From an uncultured delta proteobacterium (lineage in GTDB: Bacteria; Myxococcota; Myxococcia; Myxococcales; Myxococcaceae): a stretch of 64,000 bases of DNA. The notes under the pieces were generated by a model, which saw only the letters and a list, made by a program, of their open reading frames with translations, searched no databases and was not told the origin of the DNA. The position numbers and the translations under genes were made by a program. Below are positions 10,242 to 21,189 of the stretch, one piece after another. The stretch covers positions 160,001 to 224,000 of the forward strand of contig CAVQKE010000004.1 of the NCBI GenBank assembly GCA_963713045.1, given 5' to 3'. How positions within the stretch are numbered: position 1 is the first letter of the stretch; each line of letters begins with the position of its first letter.

Positions 10242-10371
10242 CCGGCGACCGTAGCAGAGACGCGTCTCAGTCCAGCCCGCCGCCGGCGCTGCGGGAGACG
10301 ACCTCCGTGGCGGCGAAACGGTTGGTCGGTTTCACGCCATCGCCTTGACGCAGTGCAGTAGTGTCTCGGAT

Positions 10372-11508
10372 GTGGCCGGAAGGCACCACGTCATTCTCGT
10401 CCCAGGCTTCTTCGGCTTCGTCAACCTGGGCGACTTTGCCTATTTCGGCCACGTCCGGGATTTTTTGGCTGAGGTTGGCCCGGCGCACGGCTTGGACGGC
10501 GAGATTCGCGTCTCCCTGACCGAACCGACGTCGCCTCTCGAGCGTCGGGCGGCGATGCTCGCGGAAACCGTGTCCGCGCTCCTCGACAGCGCAGGCGGCC
10601 GCATCAGTCTCGTTGGCCACTCCTCGGGAGGACTGGACGCCCGGCTGCTGCTCACACCTGGCATCGCGCTGCCGACCGGCGTGGACGTCGAACGGTGTGC
10701 TGCCAGCGTCACGGCAGTCGTCACCGTTTCCACGCCTCACCACGGCACTCCGCTGGCCCAGCACTTCAACACCCTCTTCGGCCAGAAGCTTCTGGCACTC
10801 CTGTCTCTGGCCACCGCCTACACCCTGCGCACCGGGCGGCTTCCGCTCAGCTTTGTCCTTCGCCTAGCCCGCTTACTGCGGCGGGTGGATTCTCGGCCGT
10901 CGGGCGTCGTCGACCAGCTGTTTTTGCAGCTTCTTGGGGACTTCTCCGGCAAGCGGCGGCAAGCCATCGAGGACTTCTTTCACACCGTCGGCAGCCACCA
11001 GGGCCTGGGGGGCCAACTGTCTCCGGCGAGGATGGAGGGTTTCAACGCCTCCACGCCGGACCGCGCCGGCGTTCGCTACGGCTCGGTGGTGAGCCGCGCA
11101 AGGCCGCCCGGCGCCCGGTCCCTCATCGGCGCAGGGTTTGGCCCCTATGCCCAGGCGACCCATGCCCTGTTTGCCGTGCTGTACCGCTTCGCAGCCGGCC
11201 GGCCAGGAGACCCGCCCACCCAACTCACTTCCAACGAGAAGGCCCTCCTGCGCCAGTCCTATGGCCGAGTGCCGGACCACCGAGCCAACGACGGAATCGT
11301 CCCAACACTGAGTCAGCTGTGGGGCGAAGTCATCGCCGCCGTCTGGGCTGACCACCACGACGTGATTGGCCACTTCCGGGGAAAGACGCGCGTCCCCCGC
11401 CATTTCGACTGGGTGGCCTCCGGTACTGGGTTTGACCGGCCACACTTCGAGGTGCTGTGGCGAAAAGTGGCCGCATTTCTCGCCGGCGATGGCGGCCCGC
11501 GGCGCTAG
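10372..11508 (+). CDS. Triacylglycerol lipase / alpha-beta hydrolase
   Basis: ILVPGFFGF, nucleophile elbow GHSSGG, TPHHGT, NDGIVP, DHHDVIGH. Confidence 0.85.
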   Translation: MAGRHHVILVPGFFGFVNLGDFAYFGHVRDFLAEVGPAHGLDGEIRVSLTEPTSPLERRAAMLAETVSALLDSAGGRISLVGHSSGGLDARLLLTPGIALPTGVDVERCAASVTAVVTVSTPHHGTPLAQHFNTLFGQKLLALLSLATAYTLRTGRLPLSFVLRLARLLRRVDSRPSGVVDQLFLQLLGDFSGKRRQAIEDFFHTVGSHQGLGGQLSPARMEGFNASTPDRAGVRYGSVVSRARPPGARSLIGAGFGPYAQATHALFAVLYRFAAGRPGDPPTQLTSNEKALLRQSYGRVPDHRANDGIVPTLSQLWGEVIAAVWADHHDVIGHFRGKTRVPRHFDWVASGTGFDRPHFEVLWRKVAAFLAGDGGPRR

Positions 11509-14500
11509 GAGGAGGCGGCCGCTTCGGCTGGGACGGCGCGCTTCCAGCTCTTGCGGTGCCGGGAGAAGCGGTCAAGCGAAAGGTAGATGACTGGCGTGGT
11601 GAAAAGCGTCAGCACCTGTGAGATGAGCAAGCCGCCGACGATGCTGATGCCGAGCGGCTGCCGGAGTTCGGAACCGAGGCCCGTTCCAAGTGCCAGCGGA
11701 AGCGCTCCGAGGAGCGCAGCGGCGGTGGTCATCATGATTGGCCGGAAGCGCAGCAGGCTCGCCTGATAGATGGCCTCCTTGGGCGATAGCCCTTGGTCTC
11801 GCTCGGCCTCGATGGCGAAGTCGATCATCATGATGGCATTTTTCTTCACGATGCCGATGAGCAGGATGATGCCGATGAGGCCGATGACGTTGAACTCCAC
11901 GTGACAGAGCATCAACGCGAGCAGGGCGCCGACCCCCGCGGTCGGCAGGGTGGAGAGAATCGTGAGGGGGTGAACGTAGCTTTCGTAAAGTACGCCGAGG
12001 ACGATGTAGACGGTGAACAACGCCAGCAGGATGAGCAACGGTTGACTGGCGAGCGAGGATTGGAACGCTTGGGCCGTGCCGGCGAACCCGCCGATGATGC
12101 TGGCCGGCATACCGATTTGCGCCTTCGCCCGTGAGATGGCAGCAACGGCATCGCTCAAAGACTTCCCCGGTGCCAGGTTGAAGGACAGCGTGATGGAGGG
12201 AAACTGGCCCTGGTGGTTAATCGCCAAAGGAACCGTGCTTGGGTGCCGGTGGGTGAGGGCGCCGAGCGGGACCAAACCGCCGGCGAGGGAGCGGACATAC
12301 AGCACGTCCAGGCCGTCCGGTGTGTCGAGGAACTCCGGTTTCACCTCGAGCACCACGCGGTACTGATTGAGTTGGGTGAAGGTGGTCGCGACCTGGCGCT
12401 GCCCGTAGGCGTCGTACAGCGTGTCGTCGATTAGCTTCGCCGGAATGCCGAGGCGAGAGGCCGTGTCGCGGTCGATGTCCACGTTCAGCTGCAGGCCGTT
12501 CGTCTGCTGGTCGCTGGCCACGTCACGAAGCTCGGGCATTTTGAGCATGACCTCCAGGAGCCGCGGCGCCCACGTACCGAGCACACTCAAGTCCGCTGAC
12601 TGAAGGGTGTACTGGTATTGGGTCCGAGAGAAACGGCCGCCGATTTTGACGTCCTGCGCCGCCTGGAGGTAGAGCCTGATGCCCTCGATTTTGCTCAGCT
12701 TCGGCCGCAGCCAAGTGATGACCTGGTCGGCGGTCCGCTTGCGCGGCGGACGAGGGGCGAGGTCGACGAAGACGTTTCCGGTATTGGTGGTCCCACTCCC
12801 TCCGATGAAAGCGACAGCGTGCGCGACGTCGGGGCTCGACTGGACGGCATCATCCAATGCCTTTTGACGCTTGCGCATCGTGTAGAACGACACGTCCTGG
12901 GGAGCGTCCGAGACACCGATGAGCAGTCCGTTGTCTTGTTGTGGGAAGAGACCCTTCGGGATGATGATGAAAAGAAAGACCGTCAGTGCGACAGCGCCAA
13001 ACACCACGCCGAGCATGAGGCGGGTATGGCCCAGGACCCAGGTCAAGCCCCGGCCGTAATGGGCCAGCATCCCGTCGAAGAATCTCTCGGACAAAAGGTA
13101 CAGCCGTCCGTGCTTCTTGGTCTTGCTTTCGCCCAGCAGCCGGGCACACATCATTGGCGTCAGCGTCAATGAAACCAGCATCGAGACGAAGATGGCGACG
13201 CTCAAGGTGACTGCGAATTCGCGGAACAGCCTGCCCACCACGCCCTGCATCAGAAGAATGGGGATGAAGACCGCCAGCAACGACGTCGTCATCGAAACGA
13301 TGGTGAAGCCGATTTGCTTGGCGCCCTTGAGCGCTGCCGCCATCGGGCTGTCGCCGGCCTCGACGTAGCGGGCGATGTTCTCGGTGACGACGATGGCATC
13401 GTCGATGACGAAGCCAGTGGCGACGGTTAACGCCATCAGCGACAGGTTGTTCACGCTGTAGCCAAGCAGAAACATCACTCCGAAGGTGGTGACCAAGGAC
13501 AACGGCACAGCGACGCTAGGGATGGCAGTCGCGCGGAAGGACCGGAGGAATACAAACACCACCAGCACGACGAGAAAGACACTGAGGACGAGCGTCTTCT
13601 CAACATCGCGGACCGAGCCACGGATGGTCTGGGTTCGGTCCAGCGCGGACTCGACTTTGAGTGCAGGGGACACCGAACTCATCAGCGAGGGCAGAATGGC
13701 TTTCACGCGCTCATTGGTGTCGATGATGTTCGCGCCCGGCTGGCGCCGGACGATGATGAGCACCGAGCGAACGCCATTGGTCCAGGCGGCAGTCCGGTCG
13801 TTCTCGACATCGTCGAACACTGTCGCCACGTCCCCAAGTCGGACGATGGCATTGCCAGACCGCGCAATGACCAGTGAGCGAAACGCATCCGCGTTGAGCA
13901 GCTGGTCATTGGTGGCGACCGCAGCCGTCTGGGTGCTTCCGCTGAGGTTTCCCTTCGGCTGGTCGAGGGTGGCCACCCCCAGGGCGCTCCGGATGTCCTC
14001 CAGGGTGAGGTTGACGCCGGCCAGGGCTTCTGGGTCCACCTGCACGCGCACGGCCGGCTGCTGTCCGCCCCCAACCGTCACCTGTCCCACGCCGTGCACC
14101 TGCGAAATCTTCTGCGCGAGGATGGTGATGGCGGCATCGAAAACCTGCGGCAAGGGCAGGGTGTCCGACGTCAGGGAAAGGATGAGAACCGGCGTGTCGG
14201 CGGGGTTGACTTTCCGGTAGTTGGGGAGCTTGGGCAGGTTGGCCGGCAGGTCGGCAGCGGCCGCATTGATGGCCGCCTGGACGTCGCGCGCCGCAGCGTC
14301 GACATCCTTCTCCAAATCAAACTGAAGGGTGATGGAGGTGTTGCCGAGAGTGCTGGAGGACGTCATCTCGTTCAAACCGGCGATCCGCCCGAAGCGCCGC
14401 TCAAGCGGCGTCGCCACGGCGGAGGCCATCGTTTCTGGGCTCGCTCCGGGGAGCGCCGCGCTCACGTTGATAGCTGGAAAGTCGACCCGCGGGAGGGGGG

Positions 14501-14603
14501 CCACCGGAAGCTGGGTGTATGCGGCTGCTCCGGCAAGCAACAACGCAGCGGCCAGCAGCGATGTGGCAATGGGCCGGCGGATGAAAGGCTCGGAGATACT
14601 CAC
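11505..14603 (-). CDS. mdtC: RND efflux permease, MdtC-like
   Basis: FIRRPIAT, GFVIDDAIVV, GIVKKNAIMMIDFA, LRFRPIMMT; GTG start overlaps the mdtB stop. Confidence 0.9.
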   Translation of the reverse strand: MSISEPFIRRPIATSLLAAALLLAGAAAYTQLPVAPLPRVDFPAINVSAALPGASPETMASAVATPLERRFGRIAGLNEMTSSSTLGNTSITLQFDLEKDVDAAARDVQAAINAAAADLPANLPKLPNYRKVNPADTPVLILSLTSDTLPLPQVFDAAITILAQKISQVHGVGQVTVGGGQQPAVRVQVDPEALAGVNLTLEDIRSALGVATLDQPKGNLSGSTQTAAVATNDQLLNADAFRSLVIARSGNAIVRLGDVATVFDDVENDRTAAWTNGVRSVLIIVRRQPGANIIDTNERVKAILPSLMSSVSPALKVESALDRTQTIRGSVRDVEKTLVLSVFLVVLVVFVFLRSFRATAIPSVAVPLSLVTTFGVMFLLGYSVNNLSLMALTVATGFVIDDAIVVTENIARYVEAGDSPMAAALKGAKQIGFTIVSMTTSLLAVFIPILLMQGVVGRLFREFAVTLSVAIFVSMLVSLTLTPMMCARLLGESKTKKHGRLYLLSERFFDGMLAHYGRGLTWVLGHTRLMLGVVFGAVALTVFLFIIIPKGLFPQQDNGLLIGVSDAPQDVSFYTMRKRQKALDDAVQSSPDVAHAVAFIGGSGTTNTGNVFVDLAPRPPRKRTADQVITWLRPKLSKIEGIRLYLQAAQDVKIGGRFSRTQYQYTLQSADLSVLGTWAPRLLEVMLKMPELRDVASDQQTNGLQLNVDIDRDTASRLGIPAKLIDDTLYDAYGQRQVATTFTQLNQYRVVLEVKPEFLDTPDGLDVLYVRSLAGGLVPLGALTHRHPSTVPLAINHQGQFPSITLSFNLAPGKSLSDAVAAISRAKAQIGMPASIIGGFAGTAQAFQSSLASQPLLILLALFTVYIVLGVLYESYVHPLTILSTLPTAGVGALLALMLCHVEFNVIGLIGIILLIGIVKKNAIMMIDFAIEAERDQGLSPKEAIYQASLLRFRPIMMTTAAALLGALPLALGTGLGSELRQPLGISIVGGLLISQVLTLFTTPVIYLSLDRFSRHRKSWKRAVPAEAAASS

Positions 14604-17600
14604 CGGGCAGGCTCCGGTGCGGCGGCAGGACGCGGAGCCCTCCGGGCCCGGAACCATTGGGCCAAGCGCTCCATGTACAGGTAGATGACCGGCGTCGTGT
14701 AGAGGGTCAGCACCTGGGAGATGAGCAGGCCGCCGACGATGGTGATGCCTAGGGGGCGGCGAAGCTCGGACCCGGTCCCGGTGCCAACGGCCAGCGGGAG
14801 ACCGCCGAGGAGCGCGGCGAACGACGTCATCATGATTGGACGAAAGCGGAGGAGCGACGCTTCAAAAATCGAATCGCGGGGGGTCAAGCCACGGTCCCGT
14901 TCTGCCTCCAGCGCGAAGTCAATCATCATGATGGCGTTCTTCTTCACGATGCCAATGAGCAGGATGATGCCGATGAGGGCGATGACGCTGAATTCCATCC
15001 CACACAACATGAGAGCGAGCAGAGCGCCGAGTCCGGCCGAAGGAAGGCTGGAGAGAATGGTGATGGGGTGGATGTAGCTTTCGTAGAGGACGCCGAGGAC
15101 GATGTAGACGGTGATGAGCGCTGCGAGGATGAGAATGGGCTCGCTCTTGAGGGACTCGCCGAAAGCCTGGGCCGTCCCCGTAAAGGAGGCATGCAGACCG
15201 GGGGGAATGCCCACCTCGGCGGTGGCTTTTGTAATGGCTTGCGTGGCGTGTCCAAGGGCCACGTTGGGCGCCGTGTTGAACGAGAGGGTAACCGATGGGA
15301 ATTGCCCCTGGTGGGCGATGACGAGCGGTGACACCGTCTGCTTGGTGGTGACGAAGGTCGAGAGCGGAACTTGGTCTCCCGTCGGCGCACGGACGAAAAT
15401 ATTTTGGAGTGCTTCCGGACCCTTTTGGTACTCGGGCTTCACCTCGAGGATGACTCGGTAGAGATTGAGCTGGGTGTAGATGTTCGAGACGATTCGCTGT
15501 CCGAAGGCATCGTAGAGGGTGTCATCGATGGCCTGGGCCGAGATGCCTAGGCGCGAAGCGGTATCGCGGTCGATGACCAGCGAGGTAATGAGCCCGCCGG
15601 CCTCCGAGTCACTGGCCACGTCCTGCAGCTCCGGCAGCGTCCGAAGTTTGGCCAGCACGATGGGTGCCCAGTGCGCGAGTTCGTCCGGGTTGGCGTCTTC
15701 CAGGGTGTACTGGAACTGGGTTCGACTGAAGCGGCTGTCGATTTGGAGGTCCTGCACGGCTTGCAGATAGACCGCGATGCCCTGCAACTCTCTCAGCTTC
15801 GGCTGAAGCCGGTTGATGATTTGCTCGGCGTTCCCCTTCCGCTGGCTTCGGGGTTTGAGGGTGATCGAGAGCCGGCCGCTGTTGGTGGTGGGGTTGGTCC
15901 CGTCGGCACCGATAAAAGAGGCCACGTTTTCGACCGCCGGGTCCTGCAACACCGCGTCGACCGCCGCTTGCTGCAGCTGCATCATCTTCTGGAAGGAGAC
16001 ATCCGGCGCGGCTTGCGTGACGCCCAGCAGTAAGCCCGTGTCCTGCTGGGGGAAGAAGCCCTTGGGGATGACGATGGTGAGCACCACCGTCAATACGAAG
16101 GTCGCGATGGTGACGAGGAGCGTCGTGAGCTGGTGGTCGAGGACCCAGCCCAGCGTCCGCTTGTAAAACGCGAGCATCGCATTCACACCACGCTCGGAAA
16201 GCTGGACCAGCTTTGCACGCTGGTTCATGGGCTTCTCGCGCGTCAGCATGTAGGCGCACATCATCGGGGTCAGTGTGAGAGAGAGCACTGCCGAAACCAC
16301 AATCGCCACCGCCAACGTCACGGCAAATTCTCGGAACAGTCGGCCGATGACGCCGCTCATGAAGAGCAACGGGATGAGCACCGCGACCAGTGAGACCGTC
16401 AACGAGACGATGGTGAAGCCAATTTGCTTGGCTCCCTTGAGGGCCGCGTCCAACGGTGCATCACCGCTCTCGATGTAACGGGAAATGTTTTCAATCATCA
16501 CGATGGCGTCATCGACCACGAAGCCGGTCGAAATGGTGAGCGCCATCAGCGTGAGGTTGTTGAGGCTGTAGCCCAACAGGTACATCACCCCGAACGTCCC
16601 AACCAGCGAGAGGGGCACCGTGACGCTTGGAATTGCGGTGGCCCGCAGGTTGCCGAGAAAGAGGAAAATGACCGCCATCACCAAGACGATGGTGAGCATC
16701 AGCGTGAACTCAACGTCATCCACCGAAGCCCGGACGGTCTCGGTGCGGTCGCTGAGAACCTGAATTTGAATCCCGGACGGCATCGACGCCTGCAGGCGGG
16801 GAAGCAGCGCCTTCACTCGGTCTGCGACCGCGATGACGTTGGCGCCCGGCTGACGCTGGACGTTGAGGATGATGGCCCGGTCGCGATTGGCCCAGCCGGC
16901 GAGCTGAGCGTTCTCCACCCCGTCGATGACCCTGGCCACATCCTCCAGACGGACCGGGGACCCATTGCGGAAGGCCAGGATGACAGGCCGGTAGGCGGAG
17001 GCCTGGAAGAGCTGGTCGTTGGTGGCCAGGGTGTACTCCTGCCGAGGACCATCCAACGCACCCTTGGGCTGGTTGACATTGGCGGCGACCAGCGCGGCGC
17101 GCACATCCTCCAGGCTGAGGCCGGTGCCAGCCAGTGCTGCCGGATCGACCTGGACCCGGACTGCCGGCTTTTGACCGCCGTTGAGGGTCACCAGCCCGAC
17201 GCCAGACACTTGGGAAATTTTCTGAGCGAGGATGGAGTCCGCATAGTTGTCCACCTGGTCCAGCGGCATGGTGTTCGAACTGATGGCCAGGGTGAGGATG
17301 GGCGAATCCGCCGGGTTGCTTTTGCTGTAGGTGGGTGGCGTCGGCAGGGTGGCCGGGAGCAGGGTGGAGGCTGCGTTGATGGCTGCTTGCACGTCCTGCT
17401 CGGCAGCGTCGATGTTTCGGTCGAGGTCGAACTGGAGTGTGATTTGGGAGCTCGCCTCGCTGCTCACCGACGTCATTTGAGACAGCGACGGCATCTGACC
17501 GAATTGGCGCTCGAGCGGCGTTGTGACGGCCGAGGCCATGGTTTCTGCGCTTGCGCCAGGAAGCGCGGTGGAGACGACGATGGTGGGGTAGTCCACCTGG

Positions 17601-17716
17601 GGAAGCGCGGAGATGGGCAGCTGGCGAAAGGCGACGACTCCGGCCAGCAGGAGGCCCACCATCAACAGGGTGGTGGCCACCGGCCGCCGGATAAACGGTT
17701 CAGAGATGCTGTTCAC
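14600..17716 (-). CDS. mdtB: RND efflux permease, MdtB-like
   Basis: FIRRPVATTLLM, LPQVDYPTI, GFVVDDAIVMIEN, YESYIHPITIL. Confidence 0.92.
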   Translation of the reverse strand: MNSISEPFIRRPVATTLLMVGLLLAGVVAFRQLPISALPQVDYPTIVVSTALPGASAETMASAVTTPLERQFGQMPSLSQMTSVSSEASSQITLQFDLDRNIDAAEQDVQAAINAASTLLPATLPTPPTYSKSNPADSPILTLAISSNTMPLDQVDNYADSILAQKISQVSGVGLVTLNGGQKPAVRVQVDPAALAGTGLSLEDVRAALVAANVNQPKGALDGPRQEYTLATNDQLFQASAYRPVILAFRNGSPVRLEDVARVIDGVENAQLAGWANRDRAIILNVQRQPGANVIAVADRVKALLPRLQASMPSGIQIQVLSDRTETVRASVDDVEFTLMLTIVLVMAVIFLFLGNLRATAIPSVTVPLSLVGTFGVMYLLGYSLNNLTLMALTISTGFVVDDAIVMIENISRYIESGDAPLDAALKGAKQIGFTIVSLTVSLVAVLIPLLFMSGVIGRLFREFAVTLAVAIVVSAVLSLTLTPMMCAYMLTREKPMNQRAKLVQLSERGVNAMLAFYKRTLGWVLDHQLTTLLVTIATFVLTVVLTIVIPKGFFPQQDTGLLLGVTQAAPDVSFQKMMQLQQAAVDAVLQDPAVENVASFIGADGTNPTTNSGRLSITLKPRSQRKGNAEQIINRLQPKLRELQGIAVYLQAVQDLQIDSRFSRTQFQYTLEDANPDELAHWAPIVLAKLRTLPELQDVASDSEAGGLITSLVIDRDTASRLGISAQAIDDTLYDAFGQRIVSNIYTQLNLYRVILEVKPEYQKGPEALQNIFVRAPTGDQVPLSTFVTTKQTVSPLVIAHQGQFPSVTLSFNTAPNVALGHATQAITKATAEVGIPPGLHASFTGTAQAFGESLKSEPILILAALITVYIVLGVLYESYIHPITILSSLPSAGLGALLALMLCGMEFSVIALIGIILLIGIVKKNAIMMIDFALEAERDRGLTPRDSIFEASLLRFRPIMMTSFAALLGGLPLAVGTGTGSELRRPLGITIVGGLLISQVLTLYTTPVIYLYMERLAQWFRARRAPRPAAAPEPAR

Positions 17717-18951
17717 GGTCCGGTGTCGCTCGAGGACGCCGTCGACGTCCCCGGCTTCTCCGGTGCCCGCACCGCCACTTTGCTCCCGGGCCGAATTTGA
17801 TTCTGCCCGTCGGTCACCACGACTTGGCCCGGCTTGAGTCCGCTGCTGAGGAGCGTCTCATCCCCCTGCGTGGTGTCGATGGCCACCAGCTGAACCGAGA
17901 CCGTCGAGTCGGCGCCCACCAGGTAGACGAAGGTGCCTTTGGGACCCCGTTGGATGGCCGGCGTGGGAACGACGATGGCGTCCTTTTTCGTCGTGAGGAG
18001 TAGCCGAGCCTTCACGAATTGGTTTGGCCACAGCGCGGAATTGGGGTTGGGGAAGACGGCCTTGATGCGCATGGTGGCGGTCGTCTGGTTAATCTGATTG
18101 TCGATGAGCAGCACCTTCCCAGTCCCAAGCTTGGCCCCACCCGCACGGTCAAAGGCGTCCACCTCCAACGCGCCGTTGCCCATCGCCTCGGAGACTTCGG
18201 CCAGGTCGTCCTGGGGCAACGTGAAAATAACGGCGATCGGGTCGAGCTGCGTGATGACGACGATGCCGGTGGTGTCCGCGGCGTGGATGATATTGCCCGG
18301 GTCGACCAGACGAATGCCGGTCACCCCGTCCACCGGGGAGATGATGTGGGCATACTCAACGTTGAGCCGGGCAGTCTCGACTTGGGCCTTGTCCATGTCG
18401 ACGGTCGCTTTGAGCTGGTCGACTTGTGCCTGCTGGTCGGTGGCCTGTTGCACTGCAATGAGGTTCTGTTTGCTCAACTCCTCATAGCGTTTGAGGTTGA
18501 GTTGGGAATTCACCAGGTTGGCCTGGTCCCGTTCCACGGTCGCTTGCGCCTGGTGAAGCGCCGCCTCGAAGGGCCGTGGGTCGACCAGGGCAATCAGCTC
18601 GCCCTTCTTCACGCGCTGCCCCTCGACGAAGAACACCTTGTCCAACCGGCCGTCGACCTGCGTCTTGACGGTCACGGTGTAGAGGGCCGTGACGGTGCCG
18701 AGGCCTTCGAGGTAGATGGGGACGTCCTTCTGAACGACGGAGGCGGCCGCCACCGGGACGGCCGGGACGTTTGCCGGTGGCGCCTTGGCCTTGAACCCGG
18801 GGTGTCCAGCGAATTGCCACAGTAAACCCGCCAGAATGAGAACGCCGACGAGAATGAATACCCAGCGCCGTCGATGGCCAACGCGCGCCGGAGCCGGGAT
18901 GTCCTTGCCCTCGGCGACGCCTCTCGGCTGCTCAACCGTTTCGATTTTCAT
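17713..18951 (-). CDS. mdtA: RND periplasmic adaptor, MdtA-like
   Basis: N-terminal TM; GLGTV, VDPRPF, IDNQINQTT, LWPNQFV. Confidence 0.9.
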   Translation of the reverse strand: MKIETVEQPRGVAEGKDIPAPARVGHRRRWVFILVGVLILAGLLWQFAGHPGFKAKAPPANVPAVPVAAASVVQKDVPIYLEGLGTVTALYTVTVKTQVDGRLDKVFFVEGQRVKKGELIALVDPRPFEAALHQAQATVERDQANLVNSQLNLKRYEELSKQNLIAVQQATDQQAQVDQLKATVDMDKAQVETARLNVEYAHIISPVDGVTGIRLVDPGNIIHAADTTGIVVITQLDPIAVIFTLPQDDLAEVSEAMGNGALEVDAFDRAGGAKLGTGKVLLIDNQINQTTATMRIKAVFPNPNSALWPNQFVKARLLLTTKKDAIVVPTPAIQRGPKGTFVYLVGADSTVSVQLVAIDTTQGDETLLSSGLKPGQVVVTDGQNQIRPGSKVAVRAPEKPGTSTASSSDTGP

Positions 18952-20390
18952 CACCGACGTCCTATGGCGGCGAGCAACTGGGCTCGCGCCGTCGCGAGTG
19001 TAAACCTAGCTTGTACGAGCTGCGCGCCGGCGCTGGTGGCCGCAACCTGAGCGTCACTGAGCTCGATGATGCTTCCCACACCCGTCGCGTAGCGTTGCTC
19101 CGCGAGACGAAGCTGTTCACGGGCGTTCACCAGCGCGTCTTCCGAGGCGACCAGCGCTTCTTTGCTGCCTTCCAGCGTCGCCGCTGCTTGCTCCACGCTG
19201 AACCGGACTGCCAATTGCTCGGCCGTCAATTGGGCGTTGGCGTTGTCCAAATTGCTCTGGGCCTGAAGGACGACCCCGGGTGTCTTCAGCCCGTCGAAGA
19301 AGTCCCAGGTGGCCTGAAGTCCGAAATCCCAGGCGGGACCGAGATGGTCGAGGGCATCGCCGGTTGAGGCCAAGCTGCCGAACAGCGAGAACGCCGGGAG
19401 GTAGCCTCCTCGGGCAGCGCGCAGAGCGAGGTCATTGGATTCGACGGCTTTGACGCTGGCGGCAATCTCGGGCCGCTCACGCAGGGCAATTGCGGTGAGC
19501 GCGTCGACCGATTGGTTCTCCCCGGGAAGCGGCGGCAGCTCCTCGTTGGCGACTTCGTAGGCCGTTCCCTGGACGACTCCCATCGCCTGGTTCAACTGGG
19601 CCTTGGCGATGATGTAGTTGTTCTTGGCTTGGATGAGCGCAACGCGGGCGTTGGCCACGTTGGTTCGTGCCTGGGCCAGCGCGATTTCGGGCTGGGTCCC
19701 GACCTTCACGAAGGCCTCCGTCTGCACCTGATGTTGGACTTGGTTGTCCAGCGTCTCTTGTTGGACTTGCACCAGGGCGCGGTCTGCCTGCGCTAGGAAG
19801 AATGCGGTCCGGACCGTGAGAATGGTGTTGATGACGGTGGCTTGCTCAGTGGCCTGAAGACTGGAGACGTTGGCATAGGAGGAGCGAGTCCGGTCGACCG
19901 ACTGGAAGTCCCAGATGAGCTGGGTTCCGTTGAGTGAAAACGTGAAGTTGTTGCGCACCGCGGCACCCGCTATGCCGACGTTGCCGTTCCCAGACGAAAT
20001 GCCTGTCGAACCGTAGAGGCGTTCTCCGACGGCCGAAGCGTTCAGCTGCGGAAGGAGGCTGGACCGAGTTTGTTCCGCCGCTCCCGTAGCTGAACCGACG
20101 CTGGCCACTGCAGACAGAAGAACAGGGCTCTGCTTGAGGGCGACCTCGACCGCCTGGTCCAGGTGCAGCACCGGGGGGGAAGGTGTGCCCGCGTCGTCGG
20201 CGCGCGCGACGGGGCAGAGCGCGAGGACAGTCGCAAGACAAGCGAGGCGTCTCGCTTCTCGGGCGGTGGGGAGGGAGAGCACGCGGTCAAGTCCTAGGTA
20301 GGCCGTCGGGCGGGGCCGCGCTACCTCCGCGGACGAGAGGTCACTGGCCTCTGACGGGAGCCTCGCTGGCTTGGACGAAGGGCGCCTCAT
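18951..20390 (-). CDS. TolC-family outer membrane efflux protein (start uncertain)
   Basis: Two OEP repeats; LLPQL, RYATGVGSIIELSDAQ, C-terminal LLAAIG. Confidence 0.85.
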   Translation of the reverse strand: MRRPSSKPARLPSEASDLSSAEVARPRPTAYLGLDRVLSLPTAREARRLACLATVLALCPVARADDAGTPSPPVLHLDQAVEVALKQSPVLLSAVASVGSATGAAEQTRSSLLPQLNASAVGERLYGSTGISSGNGNVGIAGAAVRNNFTFSLNGTQLIWDFQSVDRTRSSYANVSSLQATEQATVINTILTVRTAFFLAQADRALVQVQQETLDNQVQHQVQTEAFVKVGTQPEIALAQARTNVANARVALIQAKNNYIIAKAQLNQAMGVVQGTAYEVANEELPPLPGENQSVDALTAIALRERPEIAASVKAVESNDLALRAARGGYLPAFSLFGSLASTGDALDHLGPAWDFGLQATWDFFDGLKTPGVVLQAQSNLDNANAQLTAEQLAVRFSVEQAAATLEGSKEALVASEDALVNAREQLRLAEQRYATGVGSIIELSDAQVAATSAGAQLVQARFTLATARAQLLAAIGRR

Positions 20391-20412
20391 GGTCGGAGAT
20401 GTCGGTGGTTGC

Positions 20413-21189
20413 TTAGCCCCGCCGTGGCCACGCGGCGTCTGCCAACAGACTGTCCCGAACGGCTTGAATTCGGTCTCGAGAGACTGGCACGCGAACTCCG
20501 GACGCGTCCCCGCCCAGCCCAGTTCCAACGAAGAGCCGTGTCTCGGTGCCATCGCGCTCGAGCTCCTTGACGTGCGAAGTGTTAACCAGCCAATTGCGGT
20601 GAACCCGGGTGAGTGCCCGTCCGAAAGAGACTTCGATGGCACTCAAGGAGAGGTCCATGTCGAACCGTCCCGCCTGGGTATGGACAAACGTCAGTCGGTC
20701 AGCGGCCTCAAAGGCCCAGATTTCCGTCGGCTCCAGGAAGACGAGATTTCGTTTCCTCCGCGCGACGATGCGCAAGGGGTGGGGCCCTCCTGGGCCGGTG
20801 CGGTGGCGGAGGGCCACGCGCTCGAGACACTGAGCCACCCGCTCCTCGGTAAAGGGCTTGAGCAAGTAGTCCACCACGCCCAAGTCAAAGGCCTCGAGGG
20901 CGTGCTGCTCGAAGGCGGTGGCAAGGACAAACAGCAACCCCGGGTGGGTTCGCGCCAGCGTCCTAACCAACTCCAACCCGGTCCGGTCCCCGGAGTCCGC
21001 CGCGAGCTGTACGTCGACGAAGACCACGTCCACCGACAGGCGAGCGGAACTCTGGAGCGCCTCGAGCGCCTCGTCCACGGTAGCCACTGCCCCCACCACC
21101 TCAGCCGCACGCGACCCCTGCAGCAATTCGACCAGGTAATTCCGCGCTGGCCATTCATCCTCCACCACCAATGCGCGCAGCGTGCTCAA
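20413..21189 (-). CDS. LytTR-family response regulator
   Basis: VVEDE, VFVDV, DYLLKP receiver; RVHRNWLVN and VPVSR LytTR domain. Confidence 0.9.
   Translation of the reverse strand: MSTLRALVVEDEWPARNYLVELLQGSRAAEVVGAVATVDEALEALQSSARLSVDVVFVDVQLAADSGDRTGLELVRTLARTHPGLLFVLATAFEQHALEAFDLGVVDYLLKPFTEERVAQCLERVALRHRTGPGGPHPLRIVARRKRNLVFLEPTEIWAFEAADRLTFVHTQAGRFDMDLSLSAIEVSFGRALTRVHRNWLVNTSHVKELERDGTETRLFVGTGLGGDASGVRVPVSRDRIQAVRDSLLADAAWPRRG

Noticed and set aside
11505..17716. Repeated sequence between the two RND genes
   Set aside because: Ordinary MdtB/MdtC paralogy.
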